DNA of 64,000 bases, taken from contig CAVUKA010000001.1 of NCBI GenBank assembly GCA_963741945.1, positions 480,001-544,000 on the forward strand, written 5' to 3'. A model generated the notes under the pieces. The model worked only from the letters and a program-made list of their open reading frames with translations, was not told the origin of the DNA and did not search any database. A program made the translations under genes and the position numbers. The DNA is from an uncultured Gemmatimonadales bacterium (GTDB taxonomy: Bacteria > Gemmatimonadota > Gemmatimonadetes > Longimicrobiales > RSA9). This document shows, in pieces, positions 1 through 9,226 of this stretch. Positions within the stretch are counted from its first letter, which is position 1. Each line of letters starts with the position of its first letter.

Positions 1-1345
1 GCTGGCTGATCATGGCCGTGAGCTCCTCGTCGAGTGAAACGCCGCTCACCGACTCGCGCTGCTCCCCGACCTGGCGGACCAGCGTGTCATGCACGCTCGC
101 GGACGACGTGGCCGCCGCGGCGGTCGCGCCGGTTCCCGCCACCAGCGACGTGTACGCTTCACCCAGCCCGCCATCGCGCAGCGCCTCGATGGCGAGCGCG
201 ATGGTGTTGTTCCCGGCGAGGTACGACCAGCCCGTGGCACTCGTCGGATCGGCCGCACCATTGCCCGCGGCGATGAACGCCGTGCCCGGCTTTCCGTCGC
301 GCCCGCTGCCCACGGCGTCCGACAGCTGGATGTGGCCCGCGGCCGTGTCGATCATGCCGGGGTCCGCCGTGGCGAACGGCTTGAAGAAATCGATGCCCGA
401 CTCGCCGGCCGGGCCGACGCCCTGCTCGTGGATGTCGTTGACGGCCTGGACGAAGTCGCGGGCGAGGTCGTTGATGGCGGCCCGCGCGTCCGCCAGGTCG
501 TGGTCGAGGACGTCGATGAGCGCACCCACCCTCCCCGACGGCTGCCGGATCCGCTGCTGACTGCCGGAGAACTGGAGGACGATCCCCGCGCCGTCCACGT
601 GGGCCGGCTCGATCTGCCTGGAAACGGTCCCATCCACCAGCGCCTGGCCGTCCACGTAGACGCCCACGCTCCCGTTCGCCCGCTCCACCACCTGGCCGCC
701 GACCAGCCCCGACAGCTCATCGAGGGCGACATCGCGCGCGTCGCGGAGGTCCGCGGCGTGCCCGCCGCCCGCCTCCTGGGCGAGGATGCGGCCGTTGAGC
801 TCGGCCACGTGATCGGCGAGGTCGTTGACGCGGTCGACCAGGCTGTCCAGGCGCTCGGAGCCGGCGGTGTCCAGCTCGGCCATGCCATCGGAGAGCTGGG
901 CGAAGCGATCGGCGACCTGGCTTCCGCGCTCGGCGAGGACGGAGCGAGCGGCGTCGCTGAGCGGGTCGGCGGCCAGGTCGCTCCACGCGTTCCAGAACTG
1001 GTCCATGGTGGCGAGGAGGCCATTGTCGGAGGGCTCACCGAACACCTGCTCCAGGCGACCCAGCTGTTGCGAGCGCTCGGCGAAGAACCCGGCGGTGCCG
1101 TTCTGGCGTCGCCAGGTGGCGTCGAGGAGCGGGTCGCGGACGCGATTGATGTCAGTGATCTGGACACCCATCCCGATGACGCCATCGGCCGTGACGAGCG
1201 GCGGGGCCGCCGCGAGCGTGGCGCGCTGGCGTGAATACCCTTCGCTGGCCGCGTTGTTGATGTTGTTGGCCGTGACCTGCATCACCTTCTGCTGCGTCAC
1301 GAGCGCGCGGGCCGCTGCCGAGAGGATGCCGCTGATGGTGGACAT
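1..1345 (-). CDS. flgK: Flagellar hook-associated protein FlgK (3' end runs off window)
   Basis: Manual translation from ATG 1345: MSTISGILSAAARALVTQQKVMQVTANNINNAASEGYSRQR...DQFWNAWSDLAADP...RESVSGVSLDEELTAMI; FlgK N- and C-terminal motifs; absent from ORF track because no stop lies in the window. Confidence 0.95.
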   Translation of the reverse strand, partial: MSTISGILSAAARALVTQQKVMQVTANNINNAASEGYSRQRATLAAAPPLVTADGVIGMGVQITDINRVRDPLLDATWRRQNGTAGFFAERSQQLGRLEQVFGEPSDNGLLATMDQFWNAWSDLAADPLSDAARSVLAERGSQVADRFAQLSDGMAELDTAGSERLDSLVDRVNDLADHVAELNGRILAQEAGGGHAADLRDARDVALDELSGLVGGQVVERANGSVGVYVDGQALVDGTVSRQIEPAHVDGAGIVLQFSGSQQRIRQPSGRVGALIDVLDHDLADARAAINDLARDFVQAVNDIHEQGVGPAGESGIDFFKPFATADPGMIDTAAGHIQLSDAVGSGRDGKPGTAFIAAGNGAADPTSATGWSYLAGNNTIALAIEALRDGGLGEAYTSLVAGTGATAAAATSSASVHDTLVRQVGEQRESVSGVSLDEELTAMISQ

Positions 1346-1858
1346 TCAGACCTTCCGGTTCAGGAGCGCGGGCGCATCCGCGCCCCGGGTCCACTGGCCG
1401 TTCTCGCCGTAGGTGGCGGCCGCCGGGGCCACCAGCTGGCGGACATACTCGTTGCCCGTCTGGATGGCCGCGGTGAGCACCGCGCGGTTGAGCGACACTT
1501 CCCGCGAGAGCGTGCGCGCGCGGGCTTCCACGGCCGCCTGGCCGTCGCGGAGCGCCGGTGTGGCCTCGAGGCCGAGGGCATCGGAGAGCCCGGCCACCGG
1601 GATGTCGGAGCGGGTGGTCAGCACGTGGACGAGGGCGTACCGGCGACGCCTGGCTTCCGCCAGCGTCTGGAGGACGCGGTGCGCCGCGTGGACGGAGCGG
1701 TCGACGCGGGAGACGTCGGAGCCGGCCACCCCCTCGCGCTGGTCGCGCAGGATGCCACCGAGCTGGTCGAGCAGCCGGGCTTCGGAGCCGAGGCAGTCGA
1801 CGAGCGCGTCGACGGTGCGCGTCCGCAGCGGGGGCCCGGACGCCTGGGCGACGCTCAC
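1346..1858 (-). CDS. flgN: Flagellar export chaperone FlgN
   Basis: C-terminal part of ORF 1346..2335; GTGA overlap with flgJ stop; helical protein ending ...LNRAVL...TYGENG...LLNRKV; located between flgJ and flgK. Confidence 0.8.
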   Translation of the reverse strand: MSVAQASGPPLRTRTVDALVDCLGSEARLLDQLGGILRDQREGVAGSDVSRVDRSVHAAHRVLQTLAEARRRRYALVHVLTTRSDIPVAGLSDALGLEATPALRDGQAAVEARARTLSREVSLNRAVLTAAIQTGNEYVRQLVAPAAATYGENGQWTRGADAPALLNRKV

Positions 1859-2142
1859 TGGCGCACCCGGTCCACGAACCGGCGGTACAGTGTGTCGGCC
1901 AGACTGTGCCGGCCTCGCTCGGCGGCGACCCGGGACACGTGCTCGTCCAGCATCGCGGTGAACATCTCCTCGCCCCGGCCGCCGTCCAGCAGCCCGCCCT
2001 CGGGCACCGTCGATCGCATCACCTTCAGCATCTCCTGGATGAAGACCGCCTCGAAATCCACCGTCGCCGCATGGAGCCGGAACCGCTCCGAGCCGGGGCC
2101 CGGCGCAGGGCTCCCGGTCACCTCCGGCACTCCCGCGCTCAC
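1855..2142 (-). CDS. flgJ: FlgJ, rod-binding/capping domain only (no muramidase domain)
   Basis: 95 aa; FEAVFIQEMLKVMRSTV...FTAMLDEHVS...LADTLYRRF rod-binding motif; directly after flgI. Confidence 0.9.
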   Translation of the reverse strand: MSAGVPEVTGSPAPGPGSERFRLHAATVDFEAVFIQEMLKVMRSTVPEGGLLDGGRGEEMFTAMLDEHVSRVAAERGRHSLADTLYRRFVDRVRQ

Positions 2143-3266
2143 CGGACCTCCACGTCGGCCGTGAGCGAGCCCACGGCCTGCAGCGACCGGAAGATGGCGG
2201 CAATGGCCGCGGGCGTAGCCGCGACGGCGTGGAGCGCGATGGCCACGTCCTGCACCGACGTGCCGGGCGGGACGCGCACGCTGCCCGGCGAGTCCGTAGT
2301 ATCGGCCGAGCCAATGGCCAACGTGAGCGTGCCATGGCTCACCACGGCGGGGCCGAGCGTGATCCCGGCCCCGGCCACCACGGTGCCGTCGCGGGCGTCG
2401 ATGATCACGCGCGCCGCGCGGTCGGGCGCCACGCGGAGCTCGCCCACGCGTCCGAGGAAGGTCGCGAGCGGCTGGTCCCGGGGCGGCTGGAGGAGGACGG
2501 AGCCCGGGTCCTCCACCGTCGCCAGCTCGGAGCCCGCATCCTGGTTGACCACTGCGGCCACGCGCACGGCCGTGGCGATGTCGGGGCTGCGCAGGAGCAG
2601 CCGCGTGGGCCCCGCGAACGACGGCACGCCGGACTCCACCTGGAGGAGCCCGCCGGACGGGATCGCGCCGGAAGTCTCGACGTGGTACTGGTTGCGCACG
2701 GCGGCGCCCTGGCTGAGGACCACGGCGCCCTGGGCCGTAGCCACCGGCGGGTCGCCGGGCCCGGCCATGAGCGGGGTCGACCAGAGCACACCGCCACGGA
2801 GCGACAGGGCATCGCCCAGAGAGGCGACGCTCACGTCGAAATGCCCCCCCGCGTGCAGGTACGGGGAGACTTCCGCCGTGACCAGCACCGCGGCCACATT
2901 GCGCGTCCGCAGGACTTCGGCCGGCACCTCGACGCCGAAGCGGCGCAGCAGGTTGGCCACGCTGCGAACCGTCTGCGGGCTGCCCACGGTGCCCATTGCG
3001 CGGTCGCCCGTGCCGTCGAGCCCGACCATGATTCCGTAGCCCATCAGGCGACGGGGCACGTCCCGCTCCACCGTGACCAGGTCCTTCACCCGCGCCTCCT
3101 GCGCGGCCGCGGCCACCGGAGACAGCGCCAGCGCTCCGCCCGCGGCGGCCGACAGTACGGCCATGGCGAGGCCGAGACTGGCGGGGATGGCGAGCCGGGC
3201 CAGGAAGACGAGGCTGGCGGGGCGGTCAGCCCGGTGGCGGCGTATCCGGAATGGCGGGCGCATCAT
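2139..3266 (-). CDS. flgI: Flagellar P-ring protein FlgI
   Basis: RVKDLV...LMGYGIMVGLDGTGD, NVAAVLVTA, DVSVASLGDALSLRGGVL; signal peptide; ATGA overlap with flgH stop. Confidence 0.95.
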   Translation of the reverse strand: MMRPPFRIRRHRADRPASLVFLARLAIPASLGLAMAVLSAAAGGALALSPVAAAAQEARVKDLVTVERDVPRRLMGYGIMVGLDGTGDRAMGTVGSPQTVRSVANLLRRFGVEVPAEVLRTRNVAAVLVTAEVSPYLHAGGHFDVSVASLGDALSLRGGVLWSTPLMAGPGDPPVATAQGAVVLSQGAAVRNQYHVETSGAIPSGGLLQVESGVPSFAGPTRLLLRSPDIATAVRVAAVVNQDAGSELATVEDPGSVLLQPPRDQPLATFLGRVGELRVAPDRAARVIIDARDGTVVAGAGITLGPAVVSHGTLTLAIGSADTTDSPGSVRVPPGTSVQDVAIALHAVAATPAAIAAIFRSLQAVGSLTADVEVR

Positions 3267-3973
3267 GGCCAGAGCCATCCGAGGAGGCGACCGATCATGC
3301 TGGAGTGCGGACTGGAGAGGTCACGGCCCGTGGACTCGTACTCGAGCTGCACGTCGGCGATGCGCCAGGACTCGATGGTGTTGTGGGCCGGGATGTCCTC
3401 GGGGCGGAGCCAGCCGGTCAGGTGCAGCTGCTGCGCCGTCCTGTCCACCTTCACGCTCTTCGTCCCCTCGATCCGCAGCAGCCCCGCCGCGTCCACCTCC
3501 ACCACGCGCACGGTCATCTCGCCCGTAAGGCGGTTCTGGCGCGTGGCGGCGCCGCGGTCGGTGGAGCTGCTCCCCGAGTTCGTGTCCAGCGAGCCGGTGC
3601 CGAGGCTCGTTCCATCCACCGACCCGCTGGCCCCCAGGCTGCGGCCCCGACGCTGCTCCGCCATCTCGTTCTTGTTCGCCGACGCCATGGTGTACTCGTC
3701 CAGGAGCACGGAGATGATGTCGCCCACGCGGAACTCCCGGCGATCGCTGGTCCAGGAGCGCGGAATGGCCGCCGACGCCGCGCGGGCGGGTGCGGCCGCG
3801 CTCGTGCTGTCCGCCTCGCCGGGCGAGGCCGCCTCGCCGGGCGAGGGCTGGGCGCCCTGCGCGGCCAGCGGGGCGGCCGCGGCAAGGAGGAGGGCCATGA
3901 CCCGGGCGGCCGCGGCACCCCGGCCCGACCGGCGCCCGCGCGCCGCACGTTCGTTTCCCGATTCAACTCTCAT
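3263..3973 (-). CDS. flgH: Flagellar L-ring protein FlgH
   Basis: DRREFRVGDIISVLLDE, RVVEVDAAGLLRIEGTK, GWLRPEDIPAHNTIESWRIAD, C-terminal LLGWLWP; no Cys/lipobox. Confidence 0.92.
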   Translation of the reverse strand: MRVESGNERAARGRRSGRGAAAARVMALLLAAAAPLAAQGAQPSPGEAASPGEADSTSAAAPARAASAAIPRSWTSDRREFRVGDIISVLLDEYTMASANKNEMAEQRRGRSLGASGSVDGTSLGTGSLDTNSGSSSTDRGAATRQNRLTGEMTVRVVEVDAAGLLRIEGTKSVKVDRTAQQLHLTGWLRPEDIPAHNTIESWRIADVQLEYESTGRDLSSPHSSMIGRLLGWLWP

Positions 3974-4674
3974 CACCTGGCTCCTCCATCGATGCGGACC
4001 GTCCCCGGGCCGTCCGCCACGCCCCAGATGCGACGCCCGGAAGCGGTGCGTACCGCCACTCGCCCTCCGGTCGGCGCGCTCCCGGCGGCGACCCCGCGGG
4101 CTTTCAGCTCGACCCTGCCACCACGCCAGACCAGGGTGACCGGATCCCCCGCGCTCACCGCCAGCGGCGGCGCGACGGCCGGGGGGGCCAGGAGGACTCC
4201 GGCGCCCATCCGTCGCCGGACCACCCAGCCCGGCCGGGCGGGCTCCAGCCCGCGGGGCGCTCCCCACGCAACCGTGTCCACCCGCGCGATGTCCGCCTCC
4301 GTCAGCACCGTCCCGCGCGCCAGCTCCCGCGCGGCGATGGGGAGGGCCAGCCGCACGCCGGCGCGGACGCGCCTGCGCACCACATCACCCCCGGCCTCCA
4401 GCTCGGCCACGTACGCGCCCGCCGCCCCGTTGCCGAGGAGGCGGACGAGGCGGCCAGGCCGTGGTCCGGCAGCACCCCAGTCGAGCACGACCTGCTCCGC
4501 CCCCACGCCCCACCGCGCGGCCAGCTCCGTGGCGACGGAGGTGCGGGCGCTCCGGTCGGCACCCGCCGGCGCGGCGCTCGCCGGCTCCTGCGCCCGCGCG
4601 GCCGAAGCGAGCGGCGCCGCCGCGAACACGACGAGCGCGATCCAGCGCGGCAGGAGCGGTGGGCGCACGCTCAT
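3973..4674 (-). CDS. flgA: P-ring formation chaperone FlgA (SAF domain)
   Basis: Signal peptide; ARELARGTVLTEADI; PPLAVSAGDPVTLVWRGGRVELKARGVA...G.RVAVRT.SGRRI.GV. Confidence 0.88.
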   Translation of the reverse strand: MSVRPPLLPRWIALVVFAAAPLASAARAQEPASAAPAGADRSARTSVATELAARWGVGAEQVVLDWGAAGPRPGRLVRLLGNGAAGAYVAELEAGGDVVRRRVRAGVRLALPIAARELARGTVLTEADIARVDTVAWGAPRGLEPARPGWVVRRRMGAGVLLAPPAVAPPLAVSAGDPVTLVWRGGRVELKARGVAAGSAPTGGRVAVRTASGRRIWGVADGPGTVRIDGGAR

Positions 4675-5459
4675 CGGACCATGTTCGTGGCGGACTGCGC
4701 CATCTCCTCGCTCGTCTTCACCGCCTGGGAGTTGATCTCGTACGCTCTCAGCGCGGCGATCATGTCGACCATCTCCGTGACGATCTCGACGTTGCTCGCC
4801 TCGAGAGAGCCCTGCACCACGCGGCCGAACCCGCTCTCCTGCGCGTAGCCGAGCGTGGGCGGCCCCGAAGCGGGCGTCTCCACGTACAGGTTCTCACCCA
4901 TGGCCTCCAGCCCGGGCTCGTTGGCGAAGCGGGCGAGCTCCAGCCGCCCGAGCTCGACCACGTCCGTGGCCGACTGCATCTGCGCCGTCACCACGCCCCC
5001 GCGCTCGACGGTCAGCCCCGTGGCGTCCTGGGGAATCACGATCCCTGGCAGGAGCTGATAACCGCCGTGCGTGGTCAGCGTCCCGTCCGCCGAAACGGTG
5101 AAGCTCCCGTCGCGCGTGTACGCCACGCTCCCGTCCGGCAGCTGGACCCGGAACATCCCTTCCCCCTCGATGGCCGCGTCCAGCGGCCGACCGGTCTCCT
5201 CCAGCGGGCCCTGCTCGCCCACGCGCTGGACCGCCGCCAGGCGAGTGCCCCGACCCACCTGCACCGGGTTGGTGGTGCCGTAGCCGGCTCCACCCACGCC
5301 CGGCCCCTGCACCGTCTGGTACAGGAGATCTTCGAAATGAGCCCGGCTTCTCTTGAACGCCGTGGTGTTCACGTTCGCCAGGTTGTTCGCGATCACTTCC
5401 ACCCGGCGCTGCTGCGCGGCCATGCCCGTGGCCGCCGTGCGAATCGATGGGTCCGCCAT
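4671..5459 (-). CDS. flgG: Flagellar distal rod protein FlgG
   Basis: AATGMAAQQRRVEVIANNLANVNTTAFK...FEDLLYQ...YTRDGSF...LEASNVEIVTEMVDMI; GGAGGAG RBS. Confidence 0.95.
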   Translation of the reverse strand: MADPSIRTAATGMAAQQRRVEVIANNLANVNTTAFKRSRAHFEDLLYQTVQGPGVGGAGYGTTNPVQVGRGTRLAAVQRVGEQGPLEETGRPLDAAIEGEGMFRVQLPDGSVAYTRDGSFTVSADGTLTTHGGYQLLPGIVIPQDATGLTVERGGVVTAQMQSATDVVELGRLELARFANEPGLEAMGENLYVETPASGPPTLGYAQESGFGRVVQGSLEASNVEIVTEMVDMIAALRAYEINSQAVKTSEEMAQSATNMVR

Positions 5460-5482
5460 CTCGGTCTCCTCCGTTCCTCGGG

Positions 5483-6166
5483 TCAGCCCAACCGGCCCAG
5501 CCGGTTCGCCGCGATCCCCAGCACGTCGTCCAGCGTGGTCACCGTCTTCTGCACCGACGCGTATCCGCGCTGCACTTCCACCATCTCCACCAGCCCCTGG
5601 AGCGCGTCGTAGTTGCTCTCTTCCAGCGCGCCCTGGCGAAGCATGCGCCCCTCGTCCCGGACGCGCGCCGTGGCCGTAGCGGTCCACAGACCTGCTTCCA
5701 CCCGGCGCAGTGCAGCTGGCTGCGCCGTCTCCACGCGCAGGCGCGCCACTTCATCCCCGTTCACGCTCACCACCCCCGACCGGTCGATGCTCACGTCCCC
5801 GGGCGGGAGCACCACCACGCCATCCTCCGACAGCACGGGACGGCCGCCGCCGTCCACCAGCACGCCTGAGGCGTCCAGCGACAGCGACCCGCCCCGCCGC
5901 AGCATCTCCCCGCCCGGGCCATCCACCACCAGGAACCCATCACCGGAAAGCGCCACGTCCAGCGGTCGCCCCGTGTCCCGCACCAGTCCCGGGCTCAGGT
6001 CGTCCGTGACACCCACAACGGGCTCCCCGTCCAGCAGTTCCGCGAATACGCGCTGCCGCTTGAAGCCGGGCGTCTCCGTGTTGGCCACGTTGTTGGACGC
6101 GATCTCCTGCCGGCGCTCCCAGTACGTGAGCGCCCGGGCCGCGGCCCGCAGCGGATCAATTCCCAT
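5483..6166 (-). CDS. flgF: Flagellar proximal rod protein FlgF
   Basis: ASNNVANTETPGFK, TGRPLDVALSGDGFLVV, QGALEESN; GGAGGAG RBS; upstream of flgG. Confidence 0.9.
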   Translation of the reverse strand: MGIDPLRAAARALTYWERRQEIASNNVANTETPGFKRQRVFAELLDGEPVVGVTDDLSPGLVRDTGRPLDVALSGDGFLVVDGPGGEMLRRGGSLSLDASGVLVDGGGRPVLSEDGVVVLPPGDVSIDRSGVVSVNGDEVARLRVETAQPAALRRVEAGLWTATATARVRDEGRMLRQGALEESNYDALQGLVEMVEVQRGYASVQKTVTTLDDVLGIAANRLGRLG

Positions 6167-6200
6167 TTCTCCTCCCCCCGTTGTCTGTGCGCGGCGAAGG

Positions 6201-6215
6201 GCAACGCCCGTGCCG
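6201..6215 (-). promoter_or_regulatory. sigma54 (-24/-12) promoter of flgF operon
   Basis: CGGCACGGGCGTTGC on minus strand = GG-N10-GC, about 35 bp upstream of flgF start. Confidence 0.8.
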
Positions 6216-6253
6216 CGCCACGCGATCGGCATGGAATCCAGCAATCGTATGCA

Positions 6254-6838
6254 TCACAACGGTTTACGTCCGATCCACCGGTTCCGCAGCGGCCTCGGCG
6301 ATTGAACCGCCGGGCGGAAGGTCATGCCGGTCCCGGCAATCGCGTCCGGGGCGCGGGAGAGGAACACGAGCAGCTCGGCCGCGTCGCGGGAGAGGCGAGT
6401 CTCGCGGGCCACTTCGAGGGCCGCCCTCCCCCCGCGGACGAGTGCGGCGGCGCGGTCCAGCCGGAGGGTGCGTCCCTCCGCCGAGGCGGCGGTGGCGGGG
6501 CGCTGTGCCGATCCCTGCCTGGCGGCGGTGCGGCGGCGCTGGCGGAGATCGACCACGGCCCCGACGCAGGCGAGGGCGAGGGCGAAGCCGAACCCGAGCG
6601 CCAGCACTTCGACCCGCGGGGTCAGGTGGGGGCTCCGCAGCGGGTCGGGCGCGTGGTGGCCCAGCCATTCGATCCAGCCCGCCATCTCGTAGCGGAGGGC
6701 GTGCGTGCCCATGACGGTGTCGGCCGCGAATCGTCGCCCGGCCTCGTGGAAGCGGGCCGCCGATGGCCAGTTGACGCGCGTGGCGGCCACGCCCGCAGCG
6801 CCGGCGGCGAGGAAGCCGAGCGTGGGCCGGAGCTTCAT
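6254..6838 (-). CDS. Membrane protein with C-terminal HTH-like motif (SwrB/DUF2802-like), downstream of fliA
   Basis: ATGA overlap with fliA stop; TM VLALGFGFALALACVGAVV; LEVARETRLSRDAAELLVFL resembles the DUF2802/SwrB C-terminus. Confidence 0.55.
   Translation of the reverse strand: MKLRPTLGFLAAGAAGVAATRVNWPSAARFHEAGRRFAADTVMGTHALRYEMAGWIEWLGHHAPDPLRSPHLTPRVEVLALGFGFALALACVGAVVDLRQRRRTAARQGSAQRPATAASAEGRTLRLDRAAALVRGGRAALEVARETRLSRDAAELLVFLSRAPDAIAGTGMTFRPAVQSPRPLRNRWIGRKPL
6315..6348. promoter_or_regulatory. Paired CGGCA-N5-TGCCG-like enhancer sites for flgF promoter
   Basis: CGGAAGGTCATGCCG (6315-6329) and CGGCAATCGCGTCCG (6334-6348), 100-135 bp upstream of the -24 element. Confidence 0.5.
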
Positions 6839-7593
6839 ACGGGCACCTCGCGGAGGTGCGCGACCTCGGAGCGGAGAGTCTTCAGGACCTTGGATCGGAT
6901 CTGCGAGATCCGGGACTCGGTGACGCCGAGGATGTCGGCGATCTGGTGCATCTTCAGCTCCTCGTAGTAGTAGAGCGTCATGACGAGGCGATCCCGCTCG
7001 GGCAGGCGGGCGAGGGCCTCCCGCACGGCGCTGGTCTCGTCCTCGCGGATGAGGACACCCTGGATCTCCTCGGCGCCCTGGCCAGGAACGATCTCGGCGG
7101 CGGTGATCTGCTTTCCCTCTCCCGCCAGTGGTGCATCGAGGGCGATGCTGACCGCGTCGCTGGCATCGGACTCCCAGCGGGCGAGCGTCTCCACGTCGAG
7201 GTCGAGGAACTCCGCCACTTCGGTCCGGGACGGGGGCCGGGCCAGGCGCGCGGAGAGGGTGTCCCGCGCCTCGTCGATGGCCCGCTGCTTCCGCCGCAGG
7301 GAGCGCGGGACGTGGTCCCACTGCCGGATGTGGTCGAGGATCGCGCCGCGGATCCGTGGCGTGGCGAACGTGCTGAACGCCAGCCCGCGCTCGGGCTCGA
7401 ACGACGCCAGCGCGTCCATGAGTCCGAGCGTGCCAGCGCTCACGAGGTCGTCGCGGTCCAGCTTCCCGTGGATGCGGTTCCAGATCTCCCGGGCCACGTA
7501 GCGGACCAGCGGGAGGTGGTGGTTCAGGAGCTCCTGTCGAGCGCCTTCGTCGTCGGCGTTCCGGAACGCATCCCAGAGATTGGCATCGTTCAT
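6835..7593 (-). CDS. fliA: RNA polymerase sigma factor FliA (sigma28)
   Basis: DDLVSAGTLGLMDALASFEPERGLAFSTFATPRIRGAILDHIRQWDHVPRSLR; LYYYEELKMHQIADILGVTESRISQI. Confidence 0.96.
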   Translation of the reverse strand: MNDANLWDAFRNADDEGARQELLNHHLPLVRYVAREIWNRIHGKLDRDDLVSAGTLGLMDALASFEPERGLAFSTFATPRIRGAILDHIRQWDHVPRSLRRKQRAIDEARDTLSARLARPPSRTEVAEFLDLDVETLARWESDASDAVSIALDAPLAGEGKQITAAEIVPGQGAEEIQGVLIREDETSAVREALARLPERDRLVMTLYYYEELKMHQIADILGVTESRISQIRSKVLKTLRSEVAHLREVPV

Positions 7594-7595
7594 GG

Positions 7596-8408
7596 CTATC
7601 TCAGGAGTGTGAGAGTTGGATCGGGAGTGTGCCCGCGCGACGGCAGCCTCGAGACGGCAGCGGCGGCGGCGAGGCTCAGGGTCGGCTGGTGCTCGTCGAG
7701 GTGGAACCAGGCATCGAGCGGCAGCTCCACGAGATCGGGCACGTCGGGAAGGCAGCCGAGCCATTCGACGCGTCGATCGAGGAAGCGGGTGGCGGCGAGG
7801 CGGACGGCATCCCAGGCGAAGCGCGCCTCCGTCTCATCCGCGCGGTTGACCAGCGCACCGACATCCGCTTCCGGGTGGTGGTGCCAGATGAGCTTGGCGA
7901 GCGCGTACGCCGCCGGACCCGAAACCGGGTCCGTGCCGAGCACGGTGACGAGCGGCCCGCCGAAATCGCGCATGGCGTGCAGGACCGTGAGGGGCGCCGC
8001 GCCGGCGTCCACAATGATCCGTCCGCCCGCACCGCGTGCGGCCCGACGGAGCGCCGATCTCCGCGCGGCCGGACTGGCGGCGGGATCTCCCAGTCCGCCG
8101 GCGTGCACGAGGAAGAGTTCGGGCGAGAGCTCGACCCGGCGGGGGAGCGGGACGGGGGCGTCGACAGCCGCGTCGACCGGGTCGTCGTCGTTCCCGCCGT
8201 CGCGCCGCAGGATGCGATCGACGCCGGCGAGGCCGTCATGGGCATCGACCAGCGTGACGGGGCCGTCCTGGAGCTGTGCGAGGGCGAGGAGCAGTGCGAC
8301 GGTGGACGTGCCCACGCCCCCCTTCCCTGCCGCCACCACGATGGCGTCGGCGGGCGAGCCGGAGGAGCGGGCCGTGCGGTGCCGTGCGTCGCGGGTGAGC
8401 GAGCTCAT
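7596..8408 (-). CDS. flhG: FlhG/FleN-like MinD/ParA-family protein with degenerate Walker A
   Basis: GKGGVGTST, LVDAHDGLAGVD, IIVDAGA, AYALAK; between flhF and fliA; ATGA overlap with flhF. Confidence 0.75.
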   Translation of the reverse strand: MSSLTRDARHRTARSSGSPADAIVVAAGKGGVGTSTVALLLALAQLQDGPVTLVDAHDGLAGVDRILRRDGGNDDDPVDAAVDAPVPLPRRVELSPELFLVHAGGLGDPAASPAARRSALRRAARGAGGRIIVDAGAAPLTVLHAMRDFGGPLVTVLGTDPVSGPAAYALAKLIWHHHPEADVGALVNRADETEARFAWDAVRLAATRFLDRRVEWLGCLPDVPDLVELPLDAWFHLDEHQPTLSLAAAAAVSRLPSRGHTPDPTLTLLR

Positions 8409-9226
8409 CCGGCCATCCGCGCGCGGGAGCGCTCGACGGCTTCGGCCGCGGCGGTGAACACGCCGGCGCCGCCGCGGCGAAGGTTGCCGGGCACGTCCTG
8501 TCCATCGGCGACCCAGCGGAGCGGCAGCTCCACGGCGCGGACGAGGTCGTAGGCGTCGGCCGGATCCGGCAGCTCGTCGAGCTTGGTGACCAGGAGGTGC
8601 GTGACGCCGGCGCCTGCGTACGCGGCCCAGTGTGCGGCGGCCACGCTCGGGCGGATGGTGGCCGGAAGCACGAGGTGCAGCTCGTCGGGGCGCGTCTGCC
8701 TGAGCGAGAGCCGCCACTCGACGAAGCCATCGTTGGACGGGCTCCGCCCCGGGGCGTCCACGAGGATCACGTCGCATGCCCGGAGGGCTGCCATGGCGGG
8801 CGCCACATCATCGGGGCCGTAGGCGGCCTCGAAGGGGGCGCCCATGATGTCGGCGTAGGTCTGGAGCTGCTCGAGCGCGGCCACACGGTAGGTGTCGAGG
8901 CTGAGGAAGCCCACGCTCCGACCACCGAACGCCTCCGGGTGCAGCGCCAGCTTGGCGGCCGTCGTGGTCTTGCCGGCACCCGTGGGGCCGACGAGCCCGA
9001 CCACGCGAGGCCGCTCGCCGGGGCCCGGCGCAGCGGGTCGAGGGTCGTGGCGCAGCCGGGTCGCGAGCGGCTCCATCTCACAGGCGGGCGCCGCGACGAC
9101 GTCCACCTGCTCACGGCCGTCCACCACCCGCCGGACCACGTGGACGATCATGGCGTCATCGCCGAGCCGATCGCGTACCGCGTCCAGCGCGGCGGTCATG
9201 TCGGGACCGGAAAACGTGCTAAGCAT
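8405..9226 (-). CDS. flhF: Flagellar SRP-family GTPase FlhF (compact)
   Basis: N-terminal TFSGPDMTAALDAVRDRLGDDAMI; GPTGAGKTTTAAKLA, DTYRVAALEQL, TKLDE, GQDVP. Confidence 0.92.
   Translation of the reverse strand: MLSTFSGPDMTAALDAVRDRLGDDAMIVHVVRRVVDGREQVDVVAAPACEMEPLATRLRHDPRPAAPGPGERPRVVGLVGPTGAGKTTTAAKLALHPEAFGGRSVGFLSLDTYRVAALEQLQTYADIMGAPFEAAYGPDDVAPAMAALRACDVILVDAPGRSPSNDGFVEWRLSLRQTRPDELHLVLPATIRPSVAAAHWAAYAGAGVTHLLVTKLDELPDPADAYDLVRAVELPLRWVADGQDVPGNLRRGGAGVFTAAAEAVERSRARMAG

Noticed and set aside
3813-3846. Palindromic 18-bp duplication in flgH
   Set aside because: Short in-frame linker duplication (SPGEA x2) not seen elsewhere; not a REP family
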